Shown: in pieces, positions 7,857 to 18,447 of the stretch
Numbering within the stretch: the first letter of the stretch is position 1
Layout of the letters: each line of letters opens with the position of its first letter
Origin: Octopus sinensis
Lineage: Eukaryota
Reading direction: 5' to 3'
Assembly (NCBI RefSeq): GCF_006345805.1
Contig: NW_021824314.1
Span: forward strand, 1-19,183
Length of the DNA: 19,183 nucleotides
Translations under genes and position numbers: made by a program
The notes under the pieces: model-generated
What the model saw: only the letters and a program-made list of their open reading frames with translations
Database searches by the model: none
Told to the model about the DNA's origin: nothing

Positions 7857-9110
7857 AACTTCGTTTTTTTTTTTTTCCATTTCCTGAAACATTCCTGCTA
7901 TTTGTTTTCTCTTGTGTTTCGACTACATCTTCTGTTGAAAGGCCTTCCCAATTGTTCGACAACGTGTTTGTTGTTTTAAAAAAAAAACCTCATCCAAGTA
8001 ATTACTTTGTTGTCCATACACCGCCCTACATTTATTCTCTTTCTCTTTCTGTTCATTCAACATTGATTTATATTTTGGTTTTTATCTCATTCTTGATTGA
8101 ATCGTTTGCGGTTTGTAGCCGAACTGTTTGTTTGGTTCAAATAATTGTTGTTGATTTTCCTATCGATGGATTCCTTCCAATTTAGTGATGGTGTCCTCTT
8201 TCAGATAGTCGTTACTTTCGAGTACTTTTTTCTCTTATGTAATATTTCTCTAATATTTGCCTCTCCTTTGCTTTCATTTCTGTCTTTTTAGTATTGATTT
8301 GATTAAGAATTGAAAGATATTTTTGTTTTATTTTTATATATTTTATTTGTATGTTTTTTTTCTGTTTTATGTTGCTTGATTGGGTTTTGATATTCCAACA
8401 GAAGTAAATCTGACAGACTGTCCACTTACCTTTGTTACTACTCTCGTTGCTACATACATTATTCCTTTATCCTCGTAACTTTGATGTTTGAAACTAATTT
8501 CATTAAGCTTACAATGACAAGTACAGGATTATATTATTGTTGCTTCTATATCACCTTTAAGTTTTATCTTTGGCAGGCGGAATAATTTCGTTGGACCATA
8601 GAAAAATCTAGCAATTCTATTCCTTTAATTTTAGATTGTTGCATCTCGGAAGGCTCATTACGCCAACGGTAAACACAGCACACGCACTGGTTCAATTTCA
8701 CTTCTTTATTAGTCATCAATTAGTCACCTATTTAAGCAGCTGACTAATCAATTATTTGATTAATCATTCAGTTAATCAATCAGTCGTTTGTGATTATTAA
8801 AGTCCTTTCGTTACCATTCGTGATCTCTTCAATGACATGCCGTCTCTTCTCTAGGTCAGCTTCAGGTTTGTCTGTCTTTTAGTTTTAGGTTCAATGTTTA
8901 AGTAGTTGTGTTACGTAGATGTATTATATTCATAGTCCATCTTTAAGATTTTTTTTAATTTTCCTTGTATTTTCTTTTGTCCATAATTTTCTTTGCGTTG
9001 CATGAATTCAATATTTGTTGGTCAGTATTCTGTTGGTGTTGAATGGTTTAGTTTTCTGGTAGTTTTTTTTTCTTTTTCATTTTTCCCTAGATTAAGTAAT
9101 TAGAATTCAT

Positions 9111-9305
9111 TTCCGGCAGGGGGATGGTGGCGATCACTGCTTTATTCTTTCGTCACAACTTTCTCTCACTCTTTCTTCTGTTGGCCTGCTCGCTTAGCCA
9201 GCGGGGTGACGTCATTTGAAGGCTAAAAAAACAATGCGAAGCGCATTGTGAACAGCGATGTGTGCAACATCTGATAGCCTGGTCGGTCACGGTGATTACG
9301 GTGAT
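9111..9305 (+). mobile_element. 5'-truncated SINE family C with alternative tail (possibly octopus OR2-like)
   Basis: TCCGGCAGGGGGATGGTGGCGATC...CACAACTTTCTCTCACTCTT matches the centre of the 17335-17722 and 19005-19183 copies, then continues into a different tail ending CACGGTGAT-TACGGTGAT. Confidence 0.8.
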
Positions 9306-9387
9306 ATATATATATATATATAAACACATCGTATCGAATGCAACTCTCGAAGTAAGGCATTTAAAAACAGAATTTTGTTGCAAATCA

Positions 9388-9804
9388 CCGTGATCTCATA
9401 ATTAGTGCAGTAATGCACTTTTTAATCCTATGTATAGTAATACCCTCTATAAAATATAAATAAATATATGAAAAAATTGATGAATTTTTTTCTCTTATGA
9501 GGTTTTTCACGCTAACTACTTAATAAATTCTTATAAAGATTTTATCCTGTTTTTAAATTGTAAATTTAATCGGAGTATATTCAGTACTGAATTCTTATTC
9601 CGAATAAGCACGTTGTTACCGAAATGTAATTAGAAAAATCCCGTCATTTACATACATGTGTAAAGGGTGAGCATTTCTATATGCTACGTTGGATACGTTG
9701 GTTGTAAGTCTGGTATGTTGATTTTGTTCATTCGTTATAAATCTTGAATTATGCTTGCACTGAGGATTAAAAGGTGCATTACTGCACTAATTATGAAATC
9801 ACGG
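9388..9804. mobile_element. MITE / non-autonomous DNA transposon, 417 bp with 42-bp TIRs
   Basis: 9388-9429 CCGTGATCTCATAATTAGTGCAGTAATGCACTTTTTAATCCT matches the reverse complement of 9763-9804 at 40/42. AT-rich non-coding interior; TSD not clearly preserved. Confidence 0.85.
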
Positions 9805-9814
9805 ATATATGCAG

Positions 9815-9840
9815 AGAGACAGACAGTCAAACAGACACAC

Positions 9841-9883
<43 letters not shown>

Positions 9884-9885
9884 AG

Positions 9886-9925
<40 letters not shown>

Positions 9926-10052
9926 CAGATAGATAGATGATAGATAGATAGATAGATAGATAGATAGTAGATAGATAGATAGACAGATAGACGATAGATA
10001 GATAGATAAGATAGATAGATAGATGATAGATAGATAGATAGATAGATAGATA
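9815..10052. repeat. (GACA)/(GATA)n microsatellite, 3' flank of the LINE
   Basis: Directly visible. Confidence 0.95.
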
Positions 10053-10054
10053 TG

Positions 10055-13000
10055 TTTCTTTATTAGCCCACAGGGCTGCACACAGATAGAACAAATTACA
10101 AGGTAGAGCTTTTCTTTTGAAGTATTAAAAAAAAAAAAAAAAAAAAAAAAAAGGAAGGGGAGGTTCGATCAAAGGATCGTAAAAGGGAGAAAAGGACAAA
10201 AATAAGGGGGGTTAAAAAAAAAAAAAAAAAAAGGGGGGGGGGAGAGGAAAAAAAAAAGGGGGGGAAGGAAAAAAAAAATGATCAATAGGGATCGTTATCA
10301 CAGAAATGTCAATATGAAGTGTAAAGGGGAGGACAGGTGAGGTTTACCCGTGGAAAGAAAAGCCTGCGGAAAAGACCACGGTAACCTCGGTCAATGAAGT
10401 CACATTTTATATTTCTTTTTTTTTTTTTTTTTTTTTGCAAATAAGCAACTCTCTGTTTTCGATTTCTGGGTTCATAGGACTATGCTCAAGGTGCTTCGTC
10501 ATTCATACGTGCCATTCTTGCTACATTCACCCATCTTTTTTTAAAACATTCGCTAGACAAAACTTGCCTCTCTACTCTCACTTTCCTTTCAAGTGGTACT
10601 TGAAGAAGTTGATGAGAGATTGACCAGAGAGGAAAGTGTTTGTCTCCAATCCTTCAGACGCGTCCACCAGATACATTCTTTCGCCATAGCCACAAGGATG
10701 ATGAAAATAGCTCTTCCTCCCGTTTGAAGGAAGGAGGCGTGACAATATTGACGATAGACTCAGCTGATAAACCGACTCGTCCCACACGTGACAGCAGTTG
10801 TTCGACATAAGCCCACAGGTCGGAAATTGTTGGACACTGAACGAGTGCGTGCAGAACGGTTTCGTCGCTCTGACCGCATCTCGGGCAGGTCGGCCCCGTG
10901 TTTCTCGAGCCGTGTCTGTAGAGCTTATCCCGAACGGGTAGCGCTTCTCGGTAGCACTGCCAGGCAGGGATCTCTGGAAGTTGTCCATGGGCCCTGGCCC
11001 GAAAGTCGTCCCGACAGGCGGGTCAGGTACTCCTCGTCGACGTCCAGGTTCGCCCCGAGCTCGTCGTCGTACCGCCCCTCCACTAAACCCCTATAGAATG
11101 CTTTGGTTGTGTTGAAGTCACTTAAGGTCGACCCAGGACGGCAGAGTTGCTTGAGAGCAACGCGACACTCGCGGTGGCCATTCGCCCTTCCTCGGCCTCT
11201 TTTGATCCACGACTGCAGTTCGGTCATGGAGACGAGCTGCGGGAAAGCGTGCCTCACAAACGGCGACCACAACCTGTTCACCGTCGTCTACATAGAGCCA
11301 GAGATGTCGCAGTCTCAGAGCGCGTGTCTGCGCATCATCAACCACGGCATGCCCAGCCCTCCTTTTAACGGGTGTTGACAGAAATGGATCGCCTGACCAT
11401 CGGGACGCATCCTTTCCACAAGAAGCGAAAGAGGATGCGTTGTAGTTTGGTGATGGTAGGGTCGGGACAAGGTACGACGGTCAGCGGTAGTAGATGACGG
11501 ACGCGATGTACGTGTTCGCCACCTCCGCTCGACCTTTAGGGACAGTTTCCTCTCGGCCCATTGCCGGCGAGAGTGACCACCCTACTCGTTATCTCGTTCC
11601 AGTTCTTCTCCACTTGGAGGTCCGGACCAAACAGACCCCGAGCAACTCAACCGGGCCGTCGGTCCAGCGTCCCACGACGGAGGCGCTGGTGGACGGCATG
11701 GGCTTGCTTCTCCAGGTGCCTAGTCGCAAGCCCACTGACTTTTCCCGGTTGATTTTCGCTCCTGTCACCGCTTCGTAGTTTTTCAGTGTCTCGCCGACCA
11801 GCTCGATGTGCTCGTGGCTAGACACTATGACGGTGACGTCCGCGTATGCAGACACGCTCGTCCCGCATCCCAATTCTCGCGGGATGCCCCTTAGAGTCGC
11901 CAGCTTCCGCAGTAGTGGCTCAAGAGTCAATACGTATAGAAGCGCCGAGAGAGGGCATCCCTGACGGACCGAACGTGCAATGTCGAAAGGTCTCGATAGA
12001 TGTCCATTTACGCGAATTACCGAACGGATGCCTCTGTACAAGGCAGCTATCCAGCCGCGGAAGACGGGACCGAAACCAGCCGCTCTCAGGACTGCCTCCA
12101 AGTATCGATGGTCTACCCTATCAAGGCTTTTGATTGATCCAAGTTGATCAGGGCCCCACCCATGCCAGGTTCGTTAACTACCCTGTCTATGATGTAGCGC
12201 ATCAGATGGAGGTTGTCATGGATGGTCCGGCCTGGCACGGCGCATGTTTGCGCCTTGTCGACCAGTTTCTCGATGACAAGCGCCAACCTCTTCGCTAGCA
12301 CCTTGGCCAAAATTTTCAAGTCTGCATTAAGCAGAGTGATGGGCCTAAAGTTATCTATTACATTTCCCTTGTTTAGATCTTTCTTCAGCAGTGTTACGGC
12401 TCCTCGGCTCACAAAACCAGGAATGCTCCCGTTTTGCTGCCAGTTGCAGTACACCGCCGCCAAGAGATCTCCAAACAAGTCTGGCATACAATTGTAAAGC
12501 TCGTAGGGTAGACCATCCAACCCGGTGATTTGTCCCTCGAGCATTCTGCCATCGCTTCCCGCACTTCCGCCGCCGTGATGGCACCTTCGCAGCACCCTGC
12601 CTTTCTTGTCGAGAGTCGTGGTAGGCTATGTAGGTAGGCACTGAAGTCCACCCTACGTTCTTGCCCTCCACTCGTTCCGAACAGTCGGGCAAAATGCTGT
12701 GAAAGGCCTCACACATTTTACTTGGCTCGAGCAATTCGCGCCCCTGTTCATCTACCAGTGACCGAATGGTGGCTTTGTTGCCCTGTTGCGCCTCTGCCAC
12801 CCGGGCCTCTCTCGCGGCTCCAACACCTTCGTTCCTTAGAGCACACATCCTAGCTCTGACAGCACATCCTTCGTGTTTGGCGTTGAAGTGTTGGTCGAGG
12901 GCCAACCTCGCCGCCAAAACGTCGGATGCGATGCCGCTTCTAATTGCCTCTTCTAGCTTCTTAACTAGCTCACCCTCTACTCTATTTCTATCTATGGCTA

Positions 13001-13663
13001 GTGCTTTGCTGTATACCTAATCGCTTCTGCTTTTACTGCTCTCTTGAGGGCAAACCACCATTTGTGTTGATGATGGCTCCCGTCAAAGCCCTCTTTACTA
13101 GTGTGCTAATCCGGTCTCTGAAAACTTGTCTCGATGGGAAAGACGCGTTTAGTTTCCAGTATCCGGGACCCTGCCTAGTGTCTTACCTAAGTCTAGCGTA
13201 CATGTCACAAGTTTGTGATCCGTGTAGCTGACTATGTGGAATTGTGGACATCCTATGCTATCTCTATCTACTGTCCTACACAGTATCCTATCTAGATACG
13301 ATCTCGACGACCCGATGCGGTTGCTCCATGTCCACGTTGGCGCATTCGGGTGGTCTAGTCGAAACCTGTCAGACAGTTGAAAGCGTCTGAGCAGGTCTCT
13401 GAGGCATTTGCATCCCCGTCTATTCCTATCTCTACCACGTAGTCTACATGCGTGTCAAGGTAGCATTCCAATCCCCACTAAGAGTAAAGGACGAGACGTT
13501 CCCAAGAAAACTTCTAGACGTTGAAAGAAATCCGCCCGACCTGTTAAGGGCGGTGCGTAAACTGATACGAGCGAAAAAGCGCACCATTGCTGCCGTCGAC
13601 ATCCAGGACGACCAGTCTACCTCCGGGTCTACGAATTTGTCCTTACATTGAGATCCAGACTCT
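10055..13663 (-). mobile_element. 5'-truncated L1-group (Tx1-like) non-LTR retrotransposon including a probable 3' UTR (10055-10471)
   Basis: GC-richer block with the ORF2 domain order APE endonuclease - RT - CCHC. 3' terminus on the sense strand is GCAGCCCTGTGGGCTAATAAAGAAAC. No ORF1. Confidence 0.92.
10472..13660 (-). pseudogene. Frameshifted LINE ORF2 (AP endonuclease C-terminal part, reverse transcriptase, zinc knuckle)
   Basis: Motifs across frames: GDWNATL, SYLDRIL, YTDHK, GPGYWKLNAS, KSPG/LDGLPYELY, NFRPITLLNADLKILAKVLAKRL, LINLDQSKA, SVRQGCPLSALLYVLTLEPLL, SAYAD(D)V, GAKINREKS, and CPRCGQSDETVLHALVQC (~10834-10887). Stop position is approximate. Confidence 0.93.
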
Positions 13664-13689
13664 AGATAGATGCATGGCCAGATAGATAG

Positions 13690-13720
<31 letters not shown>

Positions 13721-13792
13721 GATAGATAGATAGATAGAAATAGACCATAGACGATAGATAGATAGATAGATAGATAGATAGAACAGATAGAC

Positions 13793-13848
<56 letters not shown>

Positions 13849-13871
13849 CGATAATAGATAGATGCATGGCC

Positions 13872-13926
<55 letters not shown>

Positions 13927-13935
13927 CAGATAGAC

Positions 13936-14019
<84 letters not shown>

Positions 14020-14160
14020 TGACAGACAGACAGACAGACAGACAGACGACAGACAGACTGATAGACAGAGAGATTGATAGAAAGAGAGAGAAAGAGACAG
14101 AGGGAGGGAGGGAGGGAGAGTGATCCATACATACATACATGCATACATGCATACATACAT
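13664..14160. repeat. Compound (GATA)n-(GACA)n-(GA/GGGA)n-(ATAC)n microsatellite, 5' flank of the LINE
   Basis: Directly visible; source of the YLSI-rich ORFs. Confidence 0.95.
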
Positions 14161-14279
14161 ACAAAAATACCCTGTTGTTGATGTTGAAATTCCAATGAAG
14201 ACGCCTTGGATCTAGGTTAGAAACCGGCTCTTTGTTGGCAAGAAATCTTGAAATAAAACTGAACAATTATATATATACA

Positions 14280-14311
<32 letters not shown>

Positions 14312-14479
14312 CATACATACATACATACATACATACGTACATACATACATGCATACATACATACAAATCTGCACGTATACATACGTGATATTGAAATTCC
14401 AATGAAGGAACCTTGGATCTAGGTTAGTAACCGGCTCTGTCTGTATTGGCAAGAAATCTTGAAATAAAGCTAAACAATT
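14161..14479 (+). mobile_element. Two tandem 3' UTR copies of the R4/Dong-like element (14161-14268, 14361-14479) separated by (ATAC)n
   Basis: Both contain TTGAAATTCCAATGAAG..CCTTGGATCTAGGTTAG.AACCGGCTC...TTGGCAAGAAATCTTGAAATAAA.CT.AACAAT, homologous to 4790-4890. Confidence 0.85.
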
Positions 14480-14814
14480 ACATACATACATAGCACATCG
14501 TTACTGGATATGTAACAATTATTTAACTTTCAAAGTAAATCACAATAAGTCCATCTTTCCATAAAATTCTGTTTTTTTATTTGTATATACGTGTGTATTG
14601 GGCAGACTTTTGAAACAAGAAAATGAGAGCTCAGTATAGCATAACAGGTAAAAACAACAGTTTATTGAAAGAAACACATTTCATCTACATTTAAAAATGA
14701 AAGTAATTTTCTATATTTTAACTATGTTATTTCAGTCATTTTTCCATATATTTAAGTACATTAAACATGTTTGCGGTCATTACAGATGACACGTTAATAC
14801 TGCTAAATAACCAT

Positions 14815-14942
14815 ATGTGTATGTGTGTGTGTGTGTGCATGTTTGTGTGTGTAGGTGTGTATATAAAAAGTGAGAGAGAGAAAGAGAGAGAAAGGGAGAG
14901 ATTACATTTGTATATATTCAAGTATCTACTTATGTAGAAATA

Positions 14943-14998
<56 letters not shown>

Positions 14999-15184
14999 TA
15001 TATTATATAAATATGTAATATAATTAAATTAAGATAAAACCACTATTAGGCAACTAATTTAATTTATATTATACTGCGAATTTGATTTAATCCTAAATCT
15101 AATTTTTCCCTCTAAGTTTGGTATACTCCCTAATATTATTATTATTATTATTATTTATTATTATTATTATTATTATTATTTTAC

Positions 15185-15215
<31 letters not shown>

Positions 15216-15220
15216 ATATA
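14815..15220. repeat. Cluster of (TG)n, (GA)n, (TA)n and (ATT)n microsatellites
   Basis: Directly visible, interspersed with short AT-rich segments. Confidence 0.85.
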
Positions 15221-15524
15221 ACAATAGGGTAATAAGAAATTATTATTACCAATGGCCTAGCGCAAAAAACGAATTAGTCATTAGACTATATTCTATTCAC
15301 ATAGAAATACAATAAGAGGCTTCCAAATAGGAAAGCTTTGTGCTAGAAAGAGCAGTAGAAAACTCAAACCACCAAATAAGGATAAATTCTCGAAAGGAAT
15401 GAAAATTAAAAACGTTTACCATCTCAACCAGTTCCCAGACCATGGTTTCTCACTATTTCCAGCAAAAAAATATTCGCTGAAGGCCAGTTTGATCAGTGAG
15501 ACAGCCTTTGGATATACATTTATA

Positions 15525-15690
15525 CGACGGGCTTGTTTCAGTTTCCGTCTACCAAATCCATTCACAAGGCTTTTGTTGTCCCGAGGGTATAGTAGAAGAT
15601 ACTTGCCCAAGGTACCATACAGTGGGACTGAACCCGGAACCATGTGGTTGGTAAGCAAGCGACTTACCACACAGCCACAACAGCCACTCC
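15525..15690 (-). mobile_element. 5' half of SINE family B
   Basis: Reverse complement GTGGCTGTGTGGTAAG...CCAACCACATGGTTCCGGGTTCAGTCCCACTG...CCTTGGGCAAGT...GACGGAAACTGAAA matches 15972-16125. Confidence 0.9.
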
Positions 15691-15694
15691 TATG

Positions 15695-15696
<2 letters not shown>

Positions 15697-15777
<81 letters not shown>

Positions 15778-15783
15778 ATATAG

Positions 15784-15826
<43 letters not shown>

Positions 15827-15940
15827 TATATATATATTATATATATATATTACATATATATATATTATACCAATATATATATATATCTATATAATATATA
15901 TATATATATATATATAATATATATAACATATATATATATG
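15697..15940. repeat. Long imperfect (TA)n microsatellite
   Basis: Directly visible. Confidence 0.95.
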
Positions 15941-15971
15941 TATAGTATCATTTGTATGCATATGTATATCT

Positions 15972-16367
15972 GTGGCTGTGTGGTAGTAGCTTGTTTACCA
16001 ACCACATGGTTCCGGTTTCAGTCCCCACTGCGTGGCACCTTGGGCAAGTGTCTTCTACTATAGCCTCGGGGCGACCAAAGTCTTGTGAGTGGATTTGGCA
16101 GACGGAAACTGAAAGAAGCCATCGTTATATGTATATATATATATATATGATTGTGTGTGTTTGTGTGTCTGTGTTTGTCCCCCTAGCATTGCTTGCAAAC
16201 GATGCTGGTGTGTTATGTCCCGGTTACTTAGCGGTTCGGCAAAAGAGACCGATAGAATAAGTACTGGCTTACAAAAGAATAAGTCCCGGGGTCGAGCTGC
16301 TCGATTAAAGGCGGTGCTCCAGCATGGCCGCAGTCAAATGACTGAAACAAGTAAAAGAGTAAAGAGT
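15972..16367 (+). mobile_element. Near full-length SINE family B
   Basis: A-box-like TGGCTGTGTGG, degenerate B box, ACCTTGGGCAAGTG, internal (TA)/(TG) tract, tail ACTGAAACAAGTAAAAGAGTAAAGAGT. Confidence 0.92.
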
Positions 16368-16368
16368 A

Positions 16369-16397
<29 letters not shown>

Positions 16398-16399
<2 letters not shown>

Positions 16400-16749
16400 G
16401 CTGGAGCACCGCCTTTAATCGAGCAGCTCGACCCCGGGACTTATTCTTTTGTAAGCCCAGTACTTATTCTATCGGTCTCTTTTGCCGAACCGCTAAGTAA
16501 CCGGGACATAAACACACCAGCATCGGTTGTCAAGCAATGCTAGGGGGACAAACACAGATACACAAACACACACACGCATATATATATATATACATATATA
16601 CGATGGGCTTCTTTCAGTTTCCGTCTGCCAAATCCACTCACAAGGCTTTGGTCGGCCCGAGGCTATAGTAGAAGACCTTGCCCAAGGTGCCCACGCAGTG
16701 GGACTGACCCCGGAACCATGTGGTTGGTAAACAAGCTACTTACCACACA
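16398..16749 (-). mobile_element. Inverted copy of SINE family B lacking the last ~45 bp
   Basis: Reverse complement aligns end to end with 15976-16324; differences are mostly 1-bp indels. Confidence 0.92.
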
Positions 16750-16759
16750 ATAGCCCACA

Positions 16760-16853
16760 ATATATATATTATATAATATATATATATATATTATTATATA
16801 TATATATATACATAATACATACTCATATATGTACATGTATGTATGTGTGTGTG
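16760..16853. repeat. (TA)n/(TG)n microsatellite
   Basis: Directly visible. Confidence 0.9.
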
Positions 16854-17039
16854 AAGCAACCTACCTGAGAAACTACTGTCACACAGCTGCTGCAGGATCG
16901 TATTTATTTAGTAATAATTTCCAAAATAATTTACGTAACCGTATGAGAAGGAAAACTCGGCAACTTGGCAGCTGTTACCACTGCACGAAAACAACGTTTT
17001 AATTCGTAATTAAAACTTGTTTATTACATCTTCTTCTTG

Positions 17040-17148
17040 CATAAATATATGTATTAGTGTATGTATGTATTATGTATGTATTTATTTATGTATGTATGAT
17101 ATATATATAATATATATATTATATAATATATATATATATATATATATA
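17040..17148. repeat. (TATG)n/(TA)n microsatellite
   Basis: Directly visible. Confidence 0.9.
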
Positions 17149-17334
17149 CCAAGGGAGCTTGACAAATACACGGTTCTAAAATTTCTAAGCGGTTTCTCCG
17201 AAAAGTATATTCGAAAACAGGATTATTTAGCCTTCACACACGAAAGATAGAACTATCTCTTTTATACTACATTGTTTCCGCTTGCCCTATCTCGTTGCAC
17301 TGACAATAAAAACACATTACAGCTCTGCAATAGT

Positions 17335-17722
17335 GGGGTGGGGAAGCACTCCGTCGGTTACGACGACGAGGGTTCCGGTTGATCCGATCAACGGAACAGC
17401 CTGCTCGTGAAATTAACGTGTAAGTGGCTGAGCACTCCACAGACACCTTACCCTTAACGTAGTTCTCGGGGATATTCAGCGTGACACAGAGAGTGACAAG
17501 GCCGGCCCTTTGAAATACAGGTACAACAGAAACAGGAAGTAAGAGTGAGAGAAAGTTGTGGTGAAAGAGTACAGCAGGGATCACCACCATCCCTGCCGGA
17601 GCCTCGTGGAGCTTTAGGTGTTTTCGCTCAATAAACACTCACAACGCCCGGTCTGGGAATCGAAACCGAGATCTTACGACCGCGAGTCCGCTGCCCTAAC
17701 CACTGGGCCATTGCGCCTCCCC
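17335..17722 (-). mobile_element. Full-length tRNA-derived SINE family C (possibly octopus OR1-like) with a 12-bp target site duplication
   Basis: Reverse complement begins GGAGGCGCAATGGCCCAGTGGTTAGGGCAGCGGACTCGCGG...GGTTTCGATTCCC (A and B boxes). Flanked by CTCTGCAATAGT at 17323-17334 and 17723-17734. Confidence 0.93.
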
Positions 17723-18074
17723 CTCTGCAATAGTAAAAGTTATACTAACAAAGAAGTAACCTCTGCATGGTCGTTCGAACTGTTAGAAATAGCAACTATA
17801 TCCTTCTCAAATCGTGTTCTATTCTTTTTAAATGAAGAAACGAAACATCGAACAATCTGACTCTTACAGGTAGTGAAATATTTCAGGGATAATCGTGGTT
17901 GAAAAGCCTTTGGCCGTAAGAAACTAAACACTGACTGATGTAACCATACATATAGCTAAGAAAAATTCAGGATAGTCATGGCTGGAATGCCCTATGACCC
18001 TGTTTACCGCTAAAGATATTTCGAAATTGTTATGGCTATAATACCTTTGCGTTTGATTATTTTAAAAATTGTAA

Positions 18075-18447
18075 TATTCTTCTGTACTCTAGGCACAAGG
18101 TCCGAAATTTGGGGGAAGGGAGCCAGTCGATTTGATCGAACCCAGTACGCAACTGGTACTTAATTTATCGACCCCTTGAGCGTATATGAACTCAGAATGT
18201 AAAAGCAGACGAAATACCTATTTCTTTACTACCCACAAGGGGCTAAACAGAGGGGACAAACAATGGCAGACAAATGGATTAAGTCGATTATATCGACCCC
18301 AGTGCGTAACTGGTACTTATTTAATCGACACCGAAAGGATGAAAGGCAAAGTCGACCTCGGCGGAATTTGAACTCAGAACGTAGCGGCAGACGAAATACC
18401 GCTAAGCATTTCGCCCGGCGTGCTAACGTTTCTGCCAGCTCGCCGCC
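18075..18447 (-). mobile_element. Composite SINE family A: full unit with tail A (18219-18447) followed by a headless, partly deleted unit with tail B (18075-18218)
   Basis: Homologous to 1181-1420 and 1936-2105; junction AAAGAAATA|GGTATTTCGTCTG on the minus strand. Confidence 0.9.

Noticed and set aside
7910-7950. Another hammerhead-like string on the minus strand (CAGAAGATGTAGTCGAAAC)
   Set aside because: The core reads CAGAAGA instead of CUGANGA and no convincing stems form.
8720-8750. Small inverted repeat ATTAGTCA...TGACTAAT
   Set aside because: An 8-bp stem in AT-rich, locally repetitive sequence is expected by chance.
10435-13651. Plus-strand ORFs overlapping the LINE
   Set aside because: Antisense shadows of GC-richer ORF2 sequence with no recognisable domains.
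14161-14479. CRISPR-like repeat-spacer organisation
   Set aside because: Only two ~110-bp units separated by microsatellite in eukaryotic DNA; no unique spacers or cas genes.
15020-15320. AT-rich segments between microsatellites that look like pieces of another interspersed repeat
   Set aside because: No second copy, terminal repeats or coding motif within the window to support a call.
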